The notes: generated by a model from the letters alone, not told the origin. A stretch of 64,000 nucleotides of DNA from Methylophilaceae bacterium (GCA_026419515.1 JANZZG010000065.1:8435-72434); one strand, 5' to 3'; positions 21,290-35,010 are shown, counted from the first letter of the stretch. Translations and numbers: made by a program.

Positions 21290-22189
21290 ATGCTCCCTGC
21301 CATCCAGATCGAACAAGTACACAAGTATTTCGGCAAGTTGCATGCCTTGCGTGGCATCGACTTGACCATCGAACAAGGAGAATTCTTTGCCTTGCTGGGA
21401 CCGAACGGCGCTGGCAAATCCACCTTGATCAACCTGTTGGCCGGCCTGCTGCGCCCGACTTCGGGCAAATTGTCGGTGCTCGGCCACGACGTGGTATCCG
21501 ACTATCGCGCCGCCAGAAAGGCGCTGGGCGTAGTGCCGCAAGAACTGGTGTTCGATCCGTTTTTCAATGTGCGCGAAATGTTGCGTTTCCAGGCCGGCTA
21601 TTTCGGCTGTGGCAAGGAAAACCATCCCTGGATCGACGAGGTGCTGGAGGGCCTGGGGCTGGCCGACAAGGCTGGCACCAACATGCGCGCGCTGTCAGGC
21701 GGCATGAAACGTCGCGCGCTCATCGCGCAGGCGTTGGCTCACAAACCCCAAGTGCTGGTGCTGGACGAGCCCACCGCCGGAGTGGACGTGGAATTGCGCC
21801 AGATGTTGTGGGAATTCATCAAACGTCTCAACCGGGAAGGAACCACCATCATTCTCACCACCCATTATCTGGAAGAGGCGGAAACCTTGTGCTCACGCGT
21901 CGGCATGCTCAAACAGGGCGAGCTCGTCGCGCTCGATTCCACCCGCAACCTGCTGGAACGCTATTCGCGCAAAAGTCTGCGCCTGCGTCTCGATCCGCCG
22001 TCTCTCCCAGCAGAATTACAACCTCTCTTACGTAGCCAAGAAAATGACGTATATACCCTTGCCTTGCAGGAAACGGCTGCGTTGGAAGGGGTGTTGGCGA
22101 AATTGCGCACTGCTGGAGTGCGTGTGGAAGACTTGCAACTCGTGGAGGCGGACCTCGAGGATGTTTTTGTAGAGCTCGTACGACAATGA
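21290..22189 (+). CDS. ABC-2 type exporter ATP-binding protein
   Basis: Walker A GPNGAGKST, signature LSGGMKRRALIAQAL, Walker B VLVLDEPTAG. The first ATG is at 21290; the track start 21284 is TTG. Confidence 0.85.
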   Translation: MLPAIQIEQVHKYFGKLHALRGIDLTIEQGEFFALLGPNGAGKSTLINLLAGLLRPTSGKLSVLGHDVVSDYRAARKALGVVPQELVFDPFFNVREMLRFQAGYFGCGKENHPWIDEVLEGLGLADKAGTNMRALSGGMKRRALIAQALAHKPQVLVLDEPTAGVDVELRQMLWEFIKRLNREGTTIILTTHYLEEAETLCSRVGMLKQGELVALDSTRNLLERYSRKSLRLRLDPPSLPAELQPLLRSQENDVYTLALQETAALEGVLAKLRTAGVRVEDLQLVEADLEDVFVELVRQ

Positions 22190-22941
22190 TCGGCTTGTGG
22201 ACCTTGCTCAAAAAAGAAATCCTGCGCTTCTGGAAAGTGAGCTTCCAGACCATTGCGGCACCTGTCATCACGGCCCTGCTTTACTTACTGATTTTTTCCC
22301 ATGTGTTGGAAGAAAGAGTGCAGGTTTATCCAGGTATCAGTTACACGGCTTTTCTCATCCCGGGGCTGGTGATGATGTCGATGCTGCAAAACAGCTTTGC
22401 CAATAGCTCGTCCAGCTTGATCCAATCCAAGGTGATGGGCAATATCGTGTTTTTGCTGTTGACCCCTTTGTCCTATTGGGAATTCTTCATCGCCTTTCTG
22501 GTCGCTGCCGTGATACGCGGTCTGGTGGTGGGCCTAGGGGTTTACCTGGTGTCGATATTCTATGCCTTGCCGCCTTTGCATCACCCCTTGATCATGCTGC
22601 TGTTTGCCATTTCAGGGTGTGCCATGATGGGGGCGATGGGTATCATTGCCGGCATATGGGCGGACAAGTTCGATCAAATGGCGGCTTTCCAGAATTTCAT
22701 CATCATGCCGCTCTCATTTCTATCCGGGGTGTTCTATTCGATTCACTCACTCCCACCATTTTGGCAGCAAGTCTCCCACTTGAACCCGTTTTTTTATGTG
22801 ATTGATGGATTCCGTTACGGTTTTTTTGGCTTGAGCGATGTCTCCCCATGGCTTAGTCTCGCCGTTGTGGCGACCAGCTTCTGCGTCTTATCATGGGTCA
22901 CCTTGATAATGCTCAGAAGTGGCTATAAGTTGAGAGGTTGA
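22186..22941 (+). CDS. ABC-2 type exporter permease
   Basis: 251-aa polytopic ORF. ATGA overlap with the preceding ATPase gene. Confidence 0.8.
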   Translation: MIGLWTLLKKEILRFWKVSFQTIAAPVITALLYLLIFSHVLEERVQVYPGISYTAFLIPGLVMMSMLQNSFANSSSSLIQSKVMGNIVFLLLTPLSYWEFFIAFLVAAVIRGLVVGLGVYLVSIFYALPPLHHPLIMLLFAISGCAMMGAMGIIAGIWADKFDQMAAFQNFIIMPLSFLSGVFYSIHSLPPFWQQVSHLNPFFYVIDGFRYGFFGLSDVSPWLSLAVVATSFCVLSWVTLIMLRSGYKLRG

Positions 22942-22942
22942 A

Positions 22943-23202
22943 ATGCCCACTGCAAAACAGGTAGAAGACTATATCCGTCAAGGTCTGCCATGTGATTACG
23001 TCGTCGTGCATGGCAACGATGGCCAGCATTTCGAGGCCGTGGTGGTGAGTCCGCTCTTCGAAGGCAAGCGTATGGTCCAGCAGCATCAGCTGGTGTATCA
23101 GGCGCTGGGGGATCGCATGCGCAACGAAATCCATGCCTTGTCCCTGCGTACCTTTACGCCGCAGGCGTGGGCACAAAGCAGCCAGGAATTGACCGAGGAA
23201 CA

Positions 23203-23206
<4 letters not shown>
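22943..23206 (+). CDS. BolA/IbaG family protein
   Basis: 87 aa, including ...HFEAVVVSPLFEGKRMVQQHQLVYQAL. BolA-like sequence in the mla...murA position occupied by ibaG in E. coli. Confidence 0.75.
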
Positions 23207-24788
<1,582 letters not shown>

Positions 24789-24802
24789 ACCAGGCCGAAA
24801 TA

Positions 24803-25447
24803 ATGATCACGATCGCCTTGTCCAAAGGCCGTATCTTCGAGGAAACCCTGCCGTTGCTGGCGGCTGCCGGCATCACGCCGAACGAGGATCCCGAATCCTC
24901 ACGCAAGCTCATCATCGCCACCAACCAGGATGACGTGCGCCTCATCATCGTACGCGCTGCCGACGTGCCGACCTACGTGCAGAACGGTGCGGCCGATCTC
25001 GGTATCGCCGGCAAGGACGTGCTCTGCGAGCATGGTGGCGCAGGACTGTACCAACCCTTGGACCTGAAAATCGCTCGCTGCCGCATGATGGTGGCGGTAC
25101 GTGAAGGTTTCGACTACGCCGGCTGCGTGCGCAGTGGGGCCAGGCTGAAGGTCGCCACCAAATACGTGAAAACCGCGCGCGAGCATTTTGCCGGCAAAGG
25201 CATGCATGTCGATCTCATCAAACTCTATGGCTCCATGGAGCTTGCTCCACTGGTCGGCTTGGCCGATGCCATTGTCGACCTGGTGAGCACTGGCAGCACG
25301 CTGCGCGCCAACCACCTGGTTGCCGTGGAGGAAATCATGCCGATCAGTTCCCGCCTCGTGGTCAACCAGGCCGCACTCAAGCTCAAGCGGCAGCAGATTC
25401 AACCCATCATCGATACGTTTGCAGAAGTCGTGCACCAGAAAGTCTAG
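24803..25447 (+). CDS. hisG: ATP phosphoribosyltransferase, short (HisZ-dependent) form
   Basis: [14 protein letters not shown]..., about 214 aa, with no C-terminal regulatory domain. The first ATG is at 24803; the track start 24785 is TTG. Confidence 0.9.
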   Translation: MITIALSKGRIFEETLPLLAAAGITPNEDPESSRKLIIATNQDDVRLIIVRAADVPTYVQNGAADLGIAGKDVLCEHGGAGLYQPLDLKIARCRMMVAVREGFDYAGCVRSGARLKVATKYVKTAREHFAGKGMHVDLIKLYGSMELAPLVGLADAIVDLVSTGSTLRANHLVAVEEIMPISSRLVVNQAALKLKRQQIQPIIDTFAEVVHQKV

Positions 25448-25449
25448 CC

Positions 25450-26751
25450 ATGCTGAAAATCCGACGCTATTCCACCACCGAACCCACCTTCGAAGCGGCA
25501 TTGCATCAGCTGCTGGCCTTCGAGGGTGCACAAGATGACAGGATCGATGCAGTGGTGGCCGAAATCCTCGACGACGTGAAAAAGCGCGGTGATGCCGCCG
25601 TATTGGAATACACGCAGCGCTTCGATCGCGTCAGTGCCAACCAGCTAGCCGATCTGGAATTGCCGCAGGCGCGCCTCGCCGAGGCGTTGGGGTCGCTTCC
25701 CACCGACCAGCGCGAGGCGCTCGAAGCCGCGGCCGACCGCATTCGTCTTTATCACGAAAAGCAGCTGATCCAGTCCTGGACCTACACCGAAGAGGACGGC
25801 ACCATGCTCGGCCAGCAGGTCACCGCACTGGATCGCGTTGGCCTCTATGTGCCGGGCGGCAAGGCCGCCTATCCATCCTCCGTGTTGATGAATGCGATCC
25901 CCGCCAAAGTGGCCGGCGTCAAGGAACTGATCATGGTGGTGCCGACGCCGGGCGGTGAGAAAAACCCGCTGGTGCTGGCTGCCGCGGCCGTATGCGGGGT
26001 CGATCGCGTATTCTGCATCGGCGGCGCCCAGGCCGTGGGCGCGCTGGCCTATGGCACCCGGACCGTGCCCCAGGTGGACAAGATCGTCGGCCCCGGCAAC
26101 GCCTATGTCGCGGCCGCCAAAAGACGCGTTTTCGGCGTGGTGGGCATCGACATGGTGGCCGGCCCGTCGGAGATCCTCATCATCTGCGATGGCAACACCG
26201 ATCCGGACTGGGTCGCCATGGACCTGTTCTCGCAAGCCGAGCATGACGAGCTGGCGCAGGCCATCCTGCTCTGTCCCGACCAGGACTTCATCGACCGCGT
26301 GGCCGCCAGCATCGACCGGCTGCTGCCCGAAATGCCGCGCAGGGACATCATCGCCGCTGCGCTCGAAGGACGTGGTGCACTGATCCAGGTACGCGACCTC
26401 GACGAGGCGGCGCAAATCGCCAACTACATCGCGCCCGAACATCTGGAGCTGTCGGTGGACGATCCGATGGCGCTCAGCCAGAAAATCCGGCATGCCGGCG
26501 CCATCTTCATGGGCCGTCAGACCTGCGAGTCGCTGGGCGATTACTGCGCCGGACCCAACCACGTGCTGCCCACCTCACGCACCGCGCGCTTTTCCTCGCC
26601 ACTCGGCGTGTACGATTTCCAGAAGCGCAGCAGCCTCATCATGGTATCGGAGGCCGGTGCGCAGACCTTGGGCAGGATCGCCAGCACGCTCGCCCATGGG
26701 GAAGGGCTGCAGGCACACGCACGTTCCGCGGAATACCGCTTGAAGCCATGA
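25450..26751 (+). CDS. hisD: Histidinol dehydrogenase
   Basis: 433 aa, recognisable HisD sequence. Lies in the his operon. Confidence 0.95.
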   Translation: MLKIRRYSTTEPTFEAALHQLLAFEGAQDDRIDAVVAEILDDVKKRGDAAVLEYTQRFDRVSANQLADLELPQARLAEALGSLPTDQREALEAAADRIRLYHEKQLIQSWTYTEEDGTMLGQQVTALDRVGLYVPGGKAAYPSSVLMNAIPAKVAGVKELIMVVPTPGGEKNPLVLAAAAVCGVDRVFCIGGAQAVGALAYGTRTVPQVDKIVGPGNAYVAAAKRRVFGVVGIDMVAGPSEILIICDGNTDPDWVAMDLFSQAEHDELAQAILLCPDQDFIDRVAASIDRLLPEMPRRDIIAAALEGRGALIQVRDLDEAAQIANYIAPEHLELSVDDPMALSQKIRHAGAIFMGRQTCESLGDYCAGPNHVLPTSRTARFSSPLGVYDFQKRSSLIMVSEAGAQTLGRIASTLAHGEGLQAHARSAEYRLKP

Positions 26752-27809
26752 GCCGCTACTGGAGTCCGGTGGTCCACGGGCTGATCCCCTATGTGCCGGG
26801 CGAGCAGCCCAAGCTCACCAGCCTGGTCAAGCTCAATACCAACGAAAACCCCTACGGGCCGAGCCCGAAAGTGCTGGCCGCACTGCAGGCAGAGATCGGC
26901 GACACCCTGCGGCTCTATCCCGACCCTGACAGCAGCCGCCTGCGGCAGGTCATCGCCGGCCGCTTCGGATTGCAGCCGGCCAATGTCTTCGTCGGCAACG
27001 GTTCGGACGAAGTGCTCGCGCACGCCTTCCAGGCCCTGCTCAAGCATGATCTACCGGTACTATTCCCGGACATCACCTACAGTTTTTATCCGGTGTACTG
27101 CCGGCTGTATGGCATCGCGTTCGAAGAAGTGGCGCTCACGGAAGATTTTCTCATACGGGTGGAGGATTACTGCCGGCCCAACGGCGGCATCGTCTTTCCC
27201 AACCCCAATGCCCCCACCGGCTGTGCGCTGCCGCGCGCCGAAATCGAGCGCCTGCTGCAGGCGAACCCGGATTCCGTCGTGCTGGTGGACGAGGCCTATA
27301 TCGATTTCGGTGGCGAATCCGTCGCGCCATTGGTCCACCACTACCCCAACCTGCTGGTGGTACACACCCTGTCCAAATCACGCTCCCTGGCCGGGCTGCG
27401 CGTAGGTTACGCCCTCGGCCATGCCGACCTCATCGAAGCGTTGATACGCGTCAAAGACAGTTTCAACTCCTACCCGCTGGATCGCTTCGCCCAAGCCGGT
27501 GCCGTGGCTGCACTAGAAGATGACGCGCATTTCGAGGAAACCCGCAGCAAAGTCGTCGCCAGCCGCGAGCGGCTGGTGGGAGCATTGGCGCAACTGGGCT
27601 TCGTGGTGCTGCCTTCGGCCGCAAACTTCATCCTGGCACGCCACCCCGGCCATGATGGCGCAGCGCTGACCGCCCGGCTGCGCGAACGCAGCATCATCGT
27701 CCGGCATTTCCGCACGCCGGCCCGCATTGCGCCGTTCATGCGCATCACCGTCGGCACGGATGAGCAGTGCGATACACTGGTTTCCGCGCTGCGAGAAATT
27801 TTGAGTTAG
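26748..27809 (+). CDS. hisC: Histidinol-phosphate aminotransferase
   Basis: 353 aa, class II aminotransferase with the PLP lysine context [15 protein letters not shown]. Confidence 0.9.
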   Translation: MSRYWSPVVHGLIPYVPGEQPKLTSLVKLNTNENPYGPSPKVLAALQAEIGDTLRLYPDPDSSRLRQVIAGRFGLQPANVFVGNGSDEVLAHAFQALLKHDLPVLFPDITYSFYPVYCRLYGIAFEEVALTEDFLIRVEDYCRPNGGIVFPNPNAPTGCALPRAEIERLLQANPDSVVLVDEAYIDFGGESVAPLVHHYPNLLVVHTLSKSRSLAGLRVGYALGHADLIEALIRVKDSFNSYPLDRFAQAGAVAALEDDAHFEETRSKVVASRERLVGALAQLGFVVLPSAANFILARHPGHDGAALTARLRERSIIVRHFRTPARIAPFMRITVGTDEQCDTLVSALREILS

Positions 27810-27833
27810 AATGCAACGACCAATCTGTCCCTG

Positions 27834-28427
27834 ATGACCATGCGCAGCGCCCAAATCACCCGCAACACCCTGGAGACGCAAGTCACCGCTGCCATCAATC
27901 TAGATGGCTCCGGCAAGGCGGAATTCTCGACCGGTCTGGGCTTTCTCGATCACATGTTGGACCAGATCGCACGCCATGGCCTGATGGACATCACCATCCA
28001 CGCTCAGGGTGATCTGCACATCGACGCCCACCACACGGTGGAGGACATCGGCATCACACTGGGCCAGGCGTTCGCCCAAGCCATTGCCGATAAAAAGGGC
28101 ATCCGTCGCTACGGCCATGCCTATGTGCCGCTGGACGAAGCGCTGTCCAGAGTGGTCGTCGACATTTCCGGTCGGCCGGAATTGGTCTACGAGGTCGAAT
28201 TCCGCCGCGCCCGTATCGGCGACTTCGACGTCGACCTGATTCATGAGTTTTTCCAGGGCTTCGTCAACCACGCCTTGATCACACTGCATGTCGACAACCT
28301 GCGTGGCAGCAACGCGCACCACCAGGCCGAAACCGTGTTCAAGGCTTTTGGTCGGGCACTGCGCATGGCCGTGGAGTATGATCCACGCATGGCAGGGGCC
28401 ATGCCATCGACTAAAGGAACGCTGTAG
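27834..28427 (+). CDS. hisB: Imidazoleglycerol-phosphate dehydratase
   Basis: 197 aa, with RNTLETQV...[14 protein letters not shown]...HHTVEDIGI (IGPD motifs). Confidence 0.95.
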   Translation: MTMRSAQITRNTLETQVTAAINLDGSGKAEFSTGLGFLDHMLDQIARHGLMDITIHAQGDLHIDAHHTVEDIGITLGQAFAQAIADKKGIRRYGHAYVPLDEALSRVVVDISGRPELVYEVEFRRARIGDFDVDLIHEFFQGFVNHALITLHVDNLRGSNAHHQAETVFKAFGRALRMAVEYDPRMAGAMPSTKGTL

Positions 28428-28461
28428 GCGAGGCGATTCACGGCGCTGTTGCGGTTCCCTC

Positions 28462-29103
28462 ATGGCTGACATCGCAGTCGTAGATTATGGCATGGGTAAC
28501 CTGCGCTCGGTGGCGCAGGCACTGTCACACGTGGCTAACGAGCAAACGGTGGTCGTGACCAGTGATCCCACACTCATTGCATCTGCCAAGCGTGTGGTCT
28601 TTCCCGGCCAAGGAGCCATGCCGGACTGCATACGTGAGCTGGATTCGCGTGGTCTGCGGGGTGCCGTGATCGAGGCCGCATCCAGCAAGCCATTTCTCGG
28701 CATCTGCATCGGCCAGCAACTTTTGTTCGAACACAGTGAGGAAGGGGACGTGGATGGCCTTGGCATACTGCCCGGGCGAGTGCGTCGCTTCCCGCTGGGC
28801 ATGCAAGATGCCACCGGTGCCAAGCTAAAAGTGCCGCACATGGGATGGAACCAGGTCTATCAGACCCTCGCCCATCCCTTGTGGGCCGGCATTCCGAGAG
28901 ATGCACGGTTCTATTTCGTGCACAGTTATTACGTCGACCCCGCTGACCCCACACTAGTCGCTGCCTGGACCGAATACCCTTTCCGCTTTGCCAGCGCGGT
29001 TGCGCGTGGCAACGTTTTTGCCGTACAGTTTCATCCGGAAAAGAGTCAACAGGCCGGGTTGTCATTGCTCTACAACTTCGTCAACTGGGACGGAAATTGG
29101 TGA
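28462..29103 (+). CDS. hisH: Imidazole glycerol phosphate synthase, glutaminase subunit
   Basis: Start at [17 protein letters not shown] (28462). Catalytic Cys context GICIGQQLL. The track ORF start 28288 overlaps hisB. Confidence 0.9.
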   Translation: MADIAVVDYGMGNLRSVAQALSHVANEQTVVVTSDPTLIASAKRVVFPGQGAMPDCIRELDSRGLRGAVIEAASSKPFLGICIGQQLLFEHSEEGDVDGLGILPGRVRRFPLGMQDATGAKLKVPHMGWNQVYQTLAHPLWAGIPRDARFYFVHSYYVDPADPTLVAAWTEYPFRFASAVARGNVFAVQFHPEKSQQAGLSLLYNFVNWDGNW

Positions 29104-29110
29104 ACTTACC

Positions 29111-29851
29111 ATGTTGATCATTCCCGCGATCGATCTCAAAGATGGTCATTGTGTACGCCTCAAGCAAGGCGTCATGGAAGACGCCACCGTATTTTCGGAA
29201 GATCCTGCTGCCATGGCCGAAACCTGGCTCGAACAGGGGGCGCGGCGCTTGCATTTGGTCGATCTGAATGGTGCCTTTGCCGGCAAGCCAGTGAATGAAA
29301 ATGCCATCAAAGCCATCGTCGATGCCGTGGGGGGTGAGATTCCCATCCAGCTGGGCGGAGGGATCCGCGACCTCGATACCATCGAGCGCTATCTCGACGA
29401 TGGTATCAGCTATGTGATCATCGGCACGGCGGCGGTGAAAAACCCCGGCTTCCTGCACGAGGCCTGCGATGCCTTCCCCGGGCATATCATCGTCGGCCTA
29501 GACGCCAAGGATGGCAAAGTGGCAGTCGATGGCTGGTCCAAGCTGACCGGTCATGATGTGCTGGACTTGGCGCAGAAGTTCGAAGGCTACGGTGTAGAAG
29601 CCGTGGTCTACACGGACATCGGGCGTGACGGTATGCTCACCGGCATCAATATCGAGGCGACCGTCGCCTTGGCGCGCGGGCTACACATTCCGGTCATCGC
29701 CAGTGGCGGCATCACCGATCTGGAAGACGTAAGGCGCCTGTGTGCCGCGGAAGAGGAAGGCATCATGGGAGCCATCGCCGGCCGCGCCCTATACGAAGGC
29801 ACACTGGATTTCGCCCAAGCCCAGGCTTTGGCAGACGAACTGACGCGATGA
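29111..29851 (+). CDS. hisA: ProFAR isomerase
   Basis: Start at [17 protein letters not shown] (29111), a typical HisA N-terminus. Confidence 0.9.
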   Translation: MLIIPAIDLKDGHCVRLKQGVMEDATVFSEDPAAMAETWLEQGARRLHLVDLNGAFAGKPVNENAIKAIVDAVGGEIPIQLGGGIRDLDTIERYLDDGISYVIIGTAAVKNPGFLHEACDAFPGHIIVGLDAKDGKVAVDGWSKLTGHDVLDLAQKFEGYGVEAVVYTDIGRDGMLTGINIEATVALARGLHIPVIASGGITDLEDVRRLCAAEEEGIMGAIAGRALYEGTLDFAQAQALADELTR

Positions 29852-29915
29852 CTCGACCACGAAATCGCAGAATGCTGCTGACGCCGCGTAAGATATGCCG
29901 TGATGTGGGATTTCC

Positions 29916-30674
29916 ATGGGCTTAGCCAAACGCATCATCCCCTGTTTGGACGTCACCGATGGCCGAGTGGTCAAAGGGGTCAACTTCGTCGAACTGCGTG
30001 ATGCCGGCGACCCGGTGGAAATCGCGCGCCGCTACGATGAGCAGGGCGCGGACGAGCTCACCTTTCTCGACATCACCGCCAGTTCCGACAATCGCGGCCT
30101 CATCTTCCACATCATCGAGGAGGTCGCTTCACAGGTGTTCATCCCACTCACGGTGGGGGGGGGCGTGCGCGCCGTCGAGGACGTGCGCAACCTGCTCAAT
30201 GCCGGCGCCGACAAGGTCAGCATCAATACCGCCGCCGTGGTCAATCCGCAATTGGTGGCCGAAGCCGCCGGCTATTTCGGTACGCAGTGCATCGTCGTCG
30301 CCATCGATGCCAAACGCGTCGATGGCCGCTGGGAAGTGTATACACACGGTGGACGCAAGCCCACCGGGCTGGATGCGGTGGAGTGGGCGAAAAAAATGGT
30401 CGGGCTCGGCGCGGGCGAACTGCTGCTGACGAGCATGGACCGTGACGGAACGAAATCCGGATTCGACCTCGAACTCACCCGTGCCATCAGCGATGCGGTG
30501 GAAGTCCCCATCATCGCCTCGGGAGGTGTGGGCACTCTCGATCATCTGGTCGAAGGTATCAAACAGGGTGGTGCCGATGCGGTGCTGGCCGCCAGCATTT
30601 TCCATTTTGGCGAATACACCATAGAACAAGCCAAGTGCTATATGCGTGATCATGGCATCGAGGTCAGACTGTGA
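29916..30674 (+). CDS. hisF: Imidazole glycerol phosphate synthase, cyclase subunit
   Basis: 252 aa, [24 protein letters not shown]. Confidence 0.95.
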   Translation: MGLAKRIIPCLDVTDGRVVKGVNFVELRDAGDPVEIARRYDEQGADELTFLDITASSDNRGLIFHIIEEVASQVFIPLTVGGGVRAVEDVRNLLNAGADKVSINTAAVVNPQLVAEAAGYFGTQCIVVAIDAKRVDGRWEVYTHGGRKPTGLDAVEWAKKMVGLGAGELLLTSMDRDGTKSGFDLELTRAISDAVEVPIIASGGVGTLDHLVEGIKQGGADAVLAASIFHFGEYTIEQAKCYMRDHGIEVRL

Positions 30675-31066
30675 TGACGGACGGTTGGCTCGACATAGTC
30701 AACTGGACGCCTGACGGCCTGGTGCCGGTGATCACCCAGGAAGCGGCCACCGGTAAGGTCCTGATGTTTGCCTGGATGAACCGGGAGGCACTCAAACTCA
30801 CCGCCGAGAGCGGTCAGGCAGTATACTGGTCGCGTTCCCGAAAAAAATTGTGGCACAAGGGCGAGGAATCCGGTCACGTGCAACTGGTCAAGGAAATCCG
30901 TCTCGACTGTGACGCCGACGCCATCCTGCTCACCGTGGAGCAGGTGGGCGGCATCGCCTGCCATACCGGACGCCATAGCTGCTTTTTCCAGAAACTGGAA
31001 GGCAAGGCATGGGTAGCGGATCAACCGGTGCTGAAAAACCCCGACGAGATCTACCGCCATGAATGA
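30674..31066 (+). CDS. hisI: Phosphoribosyl-AMP cyclohydrolase
   Basis: About 130 aa, with [25 protein letters not shown]...CHTGRHSCF. The start could instead be the GTG at 30671. Confidence 0.9.
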   Translation: MTDGWLDIVNWTPDGLVPVITQEAATGKVLMFAWMNREALKLTAESGQAVYWSRSRKKLWHKGEESGHVQLVKEIRLDCDADAILLTVEQVGGIACHTGRHSCFFQKLEGKAWVADQPVLKNPDEIYRHE

Positions 31067-31379
31067 ACTTTTAGACCGCCTCGCGACGACGCTGGAAGCG
31101 CGCAAGAGCGCCAACCCGGAAACGTCCTATGTGGCCAGGCTCTACGCCAAGGGCACGGATGCCATTCTGAAAAAAATTGGCGAGGAAGCAGCGGAAACCA
31201 TCCTGGCCGCCAAGAATGGCGATCCGTCGCAGATCATCCATGAAACCGCCGACTTGTGGTTTCATACCTTGGTGATGCTGGCTCATGCCGGCCTGCACCC
31301 GAATGATGTATTGAACGAGCTGGCACGGCGCGAAGGGTTGTCCGGCATCGAGGAAAAGGCCGCACGCAAGGAGAACTAG
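31059..31379 (+). CDS. hisE: Phosphoribosyl-ATP pyrophosphatase
   Basis: 106 aa, with [24 protein letters not shown]...[12 protein letters not shown]. Confidence 0.9.
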   Translation: MNELLDRLATTLEARKSANPETSYVARLYAKGTDAILKKIGEEAAETILAAKNGDPSQIIHETADLWFHTLVMLAHAGLHPNDVLNELARREGLSGIEEKAARKEN

Positions 31380-31718
31380 ATGTCAGACTGTATTTTTTGC
31401 AGAATTGTAGCCGGTAGCCTGCCGAGCAAGAAATTGTACGAGGATGATGGTGTCATTGCTTTCCATGACATCCGGCCCATCGCACCGGTACATTTTCTGG
31501 TGGTGCCCAAAACGCATATCGCCAGCCTTTCCGATTGTAGTACCGACCATGAAGCATTACTCGGACGCATGCTGACGCTGGGCGCACGCTTGGCCAGGGA
31601 ACAAGGGCTGCATGCCGGTTTTCGCACCATGATCAATACTGGCAAAGGTGGCGGTCAGGAAGTATTCCACCTGCACATTCACATCTTTGGTGGCGGAACC
31701 ACGCTACCGAAAGTTTAG
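31380..31718 (+). CDS. HIT-family (histidine triad) protein
   Basis: 112 aa, CIFCRIVAG... and the HLHIHIFGG triad. Confidence 0.85.
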   Translation: MSDCIFCRIVAGSLPSKKLYEDDGVIAFHDIRPIAPVHFLVVPKTHIASLSDCSTDHEALLGRMLTLGARLAREQGLHAGFRTMINTGKGGGQEVFHLHIHIFGGGTTLPKV

Positions 31719-31728
31719 GAGAAACATC

Positions 31729-31944
31729 ATGGGCTCGTTCAGTATCTGGCATTGGCTCGTCGTGTTGTTGGTCGTCCTGCTGGTATTCGGGACCAAAAAG
31801 CTACGCAACATCGGCAGCGATCTAGGAAGCGCCATCAAGGGTTTCAAGGACGCCATGCGCGATGAGCAGGTTCCCCCCAGGGTGGAAGACCAGCGCGGGC
31901 AAACCCAACAAGGTGAAATGACGCAACATTCCAAACACCAGTGA
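31729..31944 (+). CDS. tatA: Twin-arginine translocase subunit TatA
   Basis: Start at [33 protein letters not shown] (31729), the canonical TatA/E N-terminus. Confidence 0.9.
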   Translation: MGSFSIWHWLVVLLVVLLVFGTKKLRNIGSDLGSAIKGFKDAMRDEQVPPRVEDQRGQTQQGEMTQHSKHQ

Positions 31945-31972
31945 CGGGTGCCTACGAGCGAGTGATCATGGC

Positions 31973-32284
31973 ATGTTCGACGTCGCCTTTTCCGAAATCC
32001 TCGTGATCGTCGTCGTCGCGCTGATCGTCATCGGCCCACAGAAACTTCCCCAGGTTGCACGCATGCTGGGCGCTCTGGTCGGCCGACTCCAGCGTTATGT
32101 TGCCACCGTGAAGGCCGACATAGAACGCGAGTTGCGCTTGGAGGAAACACGCCGGCTGGAGCAAGAGGTTCGCCACAGTATCCTGTCCGTTCAAACGGAA
32201 ATCGACAACGCAACGGCTCGAGCCGAGTCAGCGGTGGAATCGACGCTGCAGCCCGCCGCTCCCGAAAAGCCTGAATCTTCGTGA
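31973..32284 (+). CDS. tatB: Twin-arginine translocase subunit TatB
   Basis: 103 aa, MFDVAFSEILVIVVVALIVIGPQKLPQVARMLG. Confidence 0.9.
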   Translation: MFDVAFSEILVIVVVALIVIGPQKLPQVARMLGALVGRLQRYVATVKADIERELRLEETRRLEQEVRHSILSVQTEIDNATARAESAVESTLQPAAPEKPESS

Positions 32285-33006
32285 GTTCGCAAGAAGACAG
32301 TTTCATCTCTCACTTGGTGGAGCTGCGCAGCCGACTGTTACGCATGCTGATGGGTTTCTTGCTGGCTTTCGTTTGTCTATTCCCTTTCTCCAACCAGCTT
32401 TACACCCTGCTTGCGAAACCTTTGCTGGCCCAGCTGCCAGCCGGTGGTAAGCTGATTGCCACCGCAGTCACCACGCCATTCTTCGTTCCCATGAAAGTAG
32501 CGATGCTGGCTGCCTTGGTGCTCTCCCTGCCTTATATGCTTCATCAAATATGGAGTTTCATCGCTCCGGGCCTGTATGCGCACGAAAAGCGCCTCGTCCT
32601 GCCGCTGGTGATCTCCAGCACCCTGCTGTTTCTCGCAGGCATGGCGTTCGCCTATTTTGTCGTGTTTCCGGTCGTGTTCGGTTTCATCGTCGGGGTGGCG
32701 CCGCAGGGCGTGATGGTAATGACGGACATCGAAAACTATCTTGATTTCACCATCACCATGTTTTTGGCTTTTGGTGTGGCTTTCGAAGTCCCGGTGCTAG
32801 TGGTGATCCTGGTCCATCTCGGTATGGTCGACGTCGCCCAGTTGAGACAGGCGCGGGCCTATGTGATCGTCGGCGCATTCGTCATTGGTGCCATTTTTAC
32901 GCCGCCAGACGTGGTATCGCAAGTCATGCTGGCGGTTCCCCTGTGGCTGCTCTATGAAGCGGGCATCGTAGCTGCCCAGCTCCTGCACAAAGCCCACCGG
33001 GATTGA
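32281..33006 (+). CDS. tatC: Twin-arginine translocase subunit TatC
   Basis: 241 aa, six-TM protein with HLVELRSRLL. GTG start in a GTGA overlap with tatB. Confidence 0.9.
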   Translation: MSSQEDSFISHLVELRSRLLRMLMGFLLAFVCLFPFSNQLYTLLAKPLLAQLPAGGKLIATAVTTPFFVPMKVAMLAALVLSLPYMLHQIWSFIAPGLYAHEKRLVLPLVISSTLLFLAGMAFAYFVVFPVVFGFIVGVAPQGVMVMTDIENYLDFTITMFLAFGVAFEVPVLVVILVHLGMVDVAQLRQARAYVIVGAFVIGAIFTPPDVVSQVMLAVPLWLLYEAGIVAAQLLHKAHRD

Positions 33007-33008
33007 TT

Positions 33009-34154
33009 TCACCGCATCGTTTCTGGCTTGGGCCTGCGTCCGACGGTCGCCGTCAATATCAATTCCCTGCCGTTGCGCCACACCGTGAGCGTAGCCGTGG
33101 TATTGGGTTTCAGAGCGGCCACCAGATTGAGCATGCTGGATGAATCCAGAACCTTACGCCCATTGATTTCCACCAGCACGTCACCAGGACGCACCCCTGC
33201 CTTGTCAGCAGGTCCTCCGCGCAGCACACCTGCGATCAGGGCCCCCCGAGCCTCCGGAAGCCGAAAAGATTCGGCGAGCTCCGGCGTAATGTCTTGTGCT
33301 TCCACGCCTATCCAGCCACGTATGACGCTCCCTTGTCGTACGATCTGTTCCATCACTTGCTGTGCCAGGCTGACCGGAATGGCAAAACCTATTCCCATCG
33401 AGCCTCCACTACGTGAATAAATGGCACTGTTGATCCCCACCAGGTGCCCTTCCAGATTCACCAGCGCCCCCCCTGAGTTGCCTGGATTGATCGGTGCATC
33501 GGTCTGGATGAAATTCTCGAACGTATTGATACCCAAATGGTTGCGCCCCAACGCGCTGACAATGCCTTGGGTCACGGTCTGCCCCACACCGAACGGATTA
33601 CCGATGGCCAAAACGATGTCTCCCACCGCCAGTTGATCCGAACGCCCGAAAGTAATGGCGGGTAGATTCTTGGCCTCGACACGGATGACGGCCAAATCGG
33701 TTTCCGGGTCGGTCCCCACTACCGTGGCCGGCAAAGTACGCCCATCGGCCAGCGCCACCTCGATTTCGTCGGCGGCCTCGACCACATGGTGATTGGTAAG
33801 GATCAGGCCCTGTGGACTGACGATGACGCCAGAGCCCAAACTGCTTTCACGTTGTGGCGTATCGTCCGGTTCACCGAAAAAATGCCAAAATAGTGGGTCA
33901 TTGAAGCGTGGATCGATCGAGCGCGTGACCTGCTTGCTGGTGAATATGTTGACGACCGAGGGCATGGCCACCTGCGCCGCTCGGCGGTAGCTCCCTTGAA
34001 TCGCCGGTTGGGGCTGACTGACCACCTGTCTGACCTCAACCACACGCTCTCGAGCAACAGGCAGCAGTTCCGGGTAAAAAATACGCAGCACGAACAAGAT
34101 CGCCAGGCTAACCGTCACACCTTGAGCAAAAATGAGCCAGAATTTTTTCATCAT
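33009..34154 (-). CDS. DegS/AlgW-type periplasmic serine endoprotease (trypsin domain plus one PDZ)
   Basis: 381 aa with an N-terminal TM, catalytic motifs TNHHV and GNSGGAL, and a single C-terminal PDZ. Confidence 0.85.
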   Translation of the reverse strand: MMKKFWLIFAQGVTVSLAILFVLRIFYPELLPVARERVVEVRQVVSQPQPAIQGSYRRAAQVAMPSVVNIFTSKQVTRSIDPRFNDPLFWHFFGEPDDTPQRESSLGSGVIVSPQGLILTNHHVVEAADEIEVALADGRTLPATVVGTDPETDLAVIRVEAKNLPAITFGRSDQLAVGDIVLAIGNPFGVGQTVTQGIVSALGRNHLGINTFENFIQTDAPINPGNSGGALVNLEGHLVGINSAIYSRSGGSMGIGFAIPVSLAQQVMEQIVRQGSVIRGWIGVEAQDITPELAESFRLPEARGALIAGVLRGGPADKAGVRPGDVLVEINGRKVLDSSSMLNLVAALKPNTTATLTVWRNGRELILTATVGRRPKPETMR

Positions 34155-34257
34155 CCAACCTGATCCACTCGTGAATTTCCAAGGCGGGCTCGCGCTACGG
34201 CGTGAAATGTCTAACCCGAGATCCCAACATCGAATACGTTGGACAAAACTCTAGGAT

Positions 34258-35010
34258 ATGCACATGGAAATCAACAGATTATTGGATTATACAGGACAAC
34301 TCCTGGATGTCGGCCGCTTTCGTGACTATTGCCCGAATGGTCTCCAAGTCGGAGGGCGGCGGCAGGTACATACACTGGTCAGCGGGGTTTCCGCTTGTGA
34401 AGCCTTGCTAAAAGCCGCAGTCCAGGTTGGCGCCGATGCCGTACTGGTGCACCATGGCTGGTTCTGGAAAAGTGAGGATGCTCGCGTGGTCGGGATCAAA
34501 CGTAATCGCATCAAGCTCTTGCTCGAGCATGACATCAACCTGATCGCTTACCACTTGCCACTGGATGCACACCCCGAATTGGGCAACAATGCCCAGCTTG
34601 CAGTCAAATTGGGCTTTGAGATCCAAGGTTGGTTTGCAGACCAGCAAATCGCGGCCTATGGCGAAATGACCGAACCCTGTACGCTTAAGCAGTTGTCCAT
34701 GCGTATTGCACGGGTATTACGGCGCACGCCACTGGTCATTGGAAATCCAGGTGCCACGATGCACCGTATCGCCTGGTGCAGCGGCGCCGCACAGGATTTG
34801 TTGGAACAAGCAGCGGAACTTGGGGTAGATGTTTTTCTCACCGGTGAAGTGTCTGAGCGCACCTTCCATCTGGCGCGTGAAACTGGGGTAGCTTTCATCG
34901 CCGCCGGCCATCATGCCACAGAACGCTATGGTATACAGGCACTTGGCGATTATCTCGCCGAGCGTTTTGGGTTGGACCATCACTTCATTGACATTGAGAA
35001 CCCCGTATGA
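34258..35010 (+). CDS. Nif3-like dinuclear metal centre protein (GTP cyclohydrolase 1 type 2 homologue)
   Basis: 250 aa with the family-typical DAVLVHHG and AAGHHATE motifs. Confidence 0.8.
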   Translation: MHMEINRLLDYTGQLLDVGRFRDYCPNGLQVGGRRQVHTLVSGVSACEALLKAAVQVGADAVLVHHGWFWKSEDARVVGIKRNRIKLLLEHDINLIAYHLPLDAHPELGNNAQLAVKLGFEIQGWFADQQIAAYGEMTEPCTLKQLSMRIARVLRRTPLVIGNPGATMHRIAWCSGAAQDLLEQAAELGVDVFLTGEVSERTFHLARETGVAFIAAGHHATERYGIQALGDYLAERFGLDHHFIDIENPV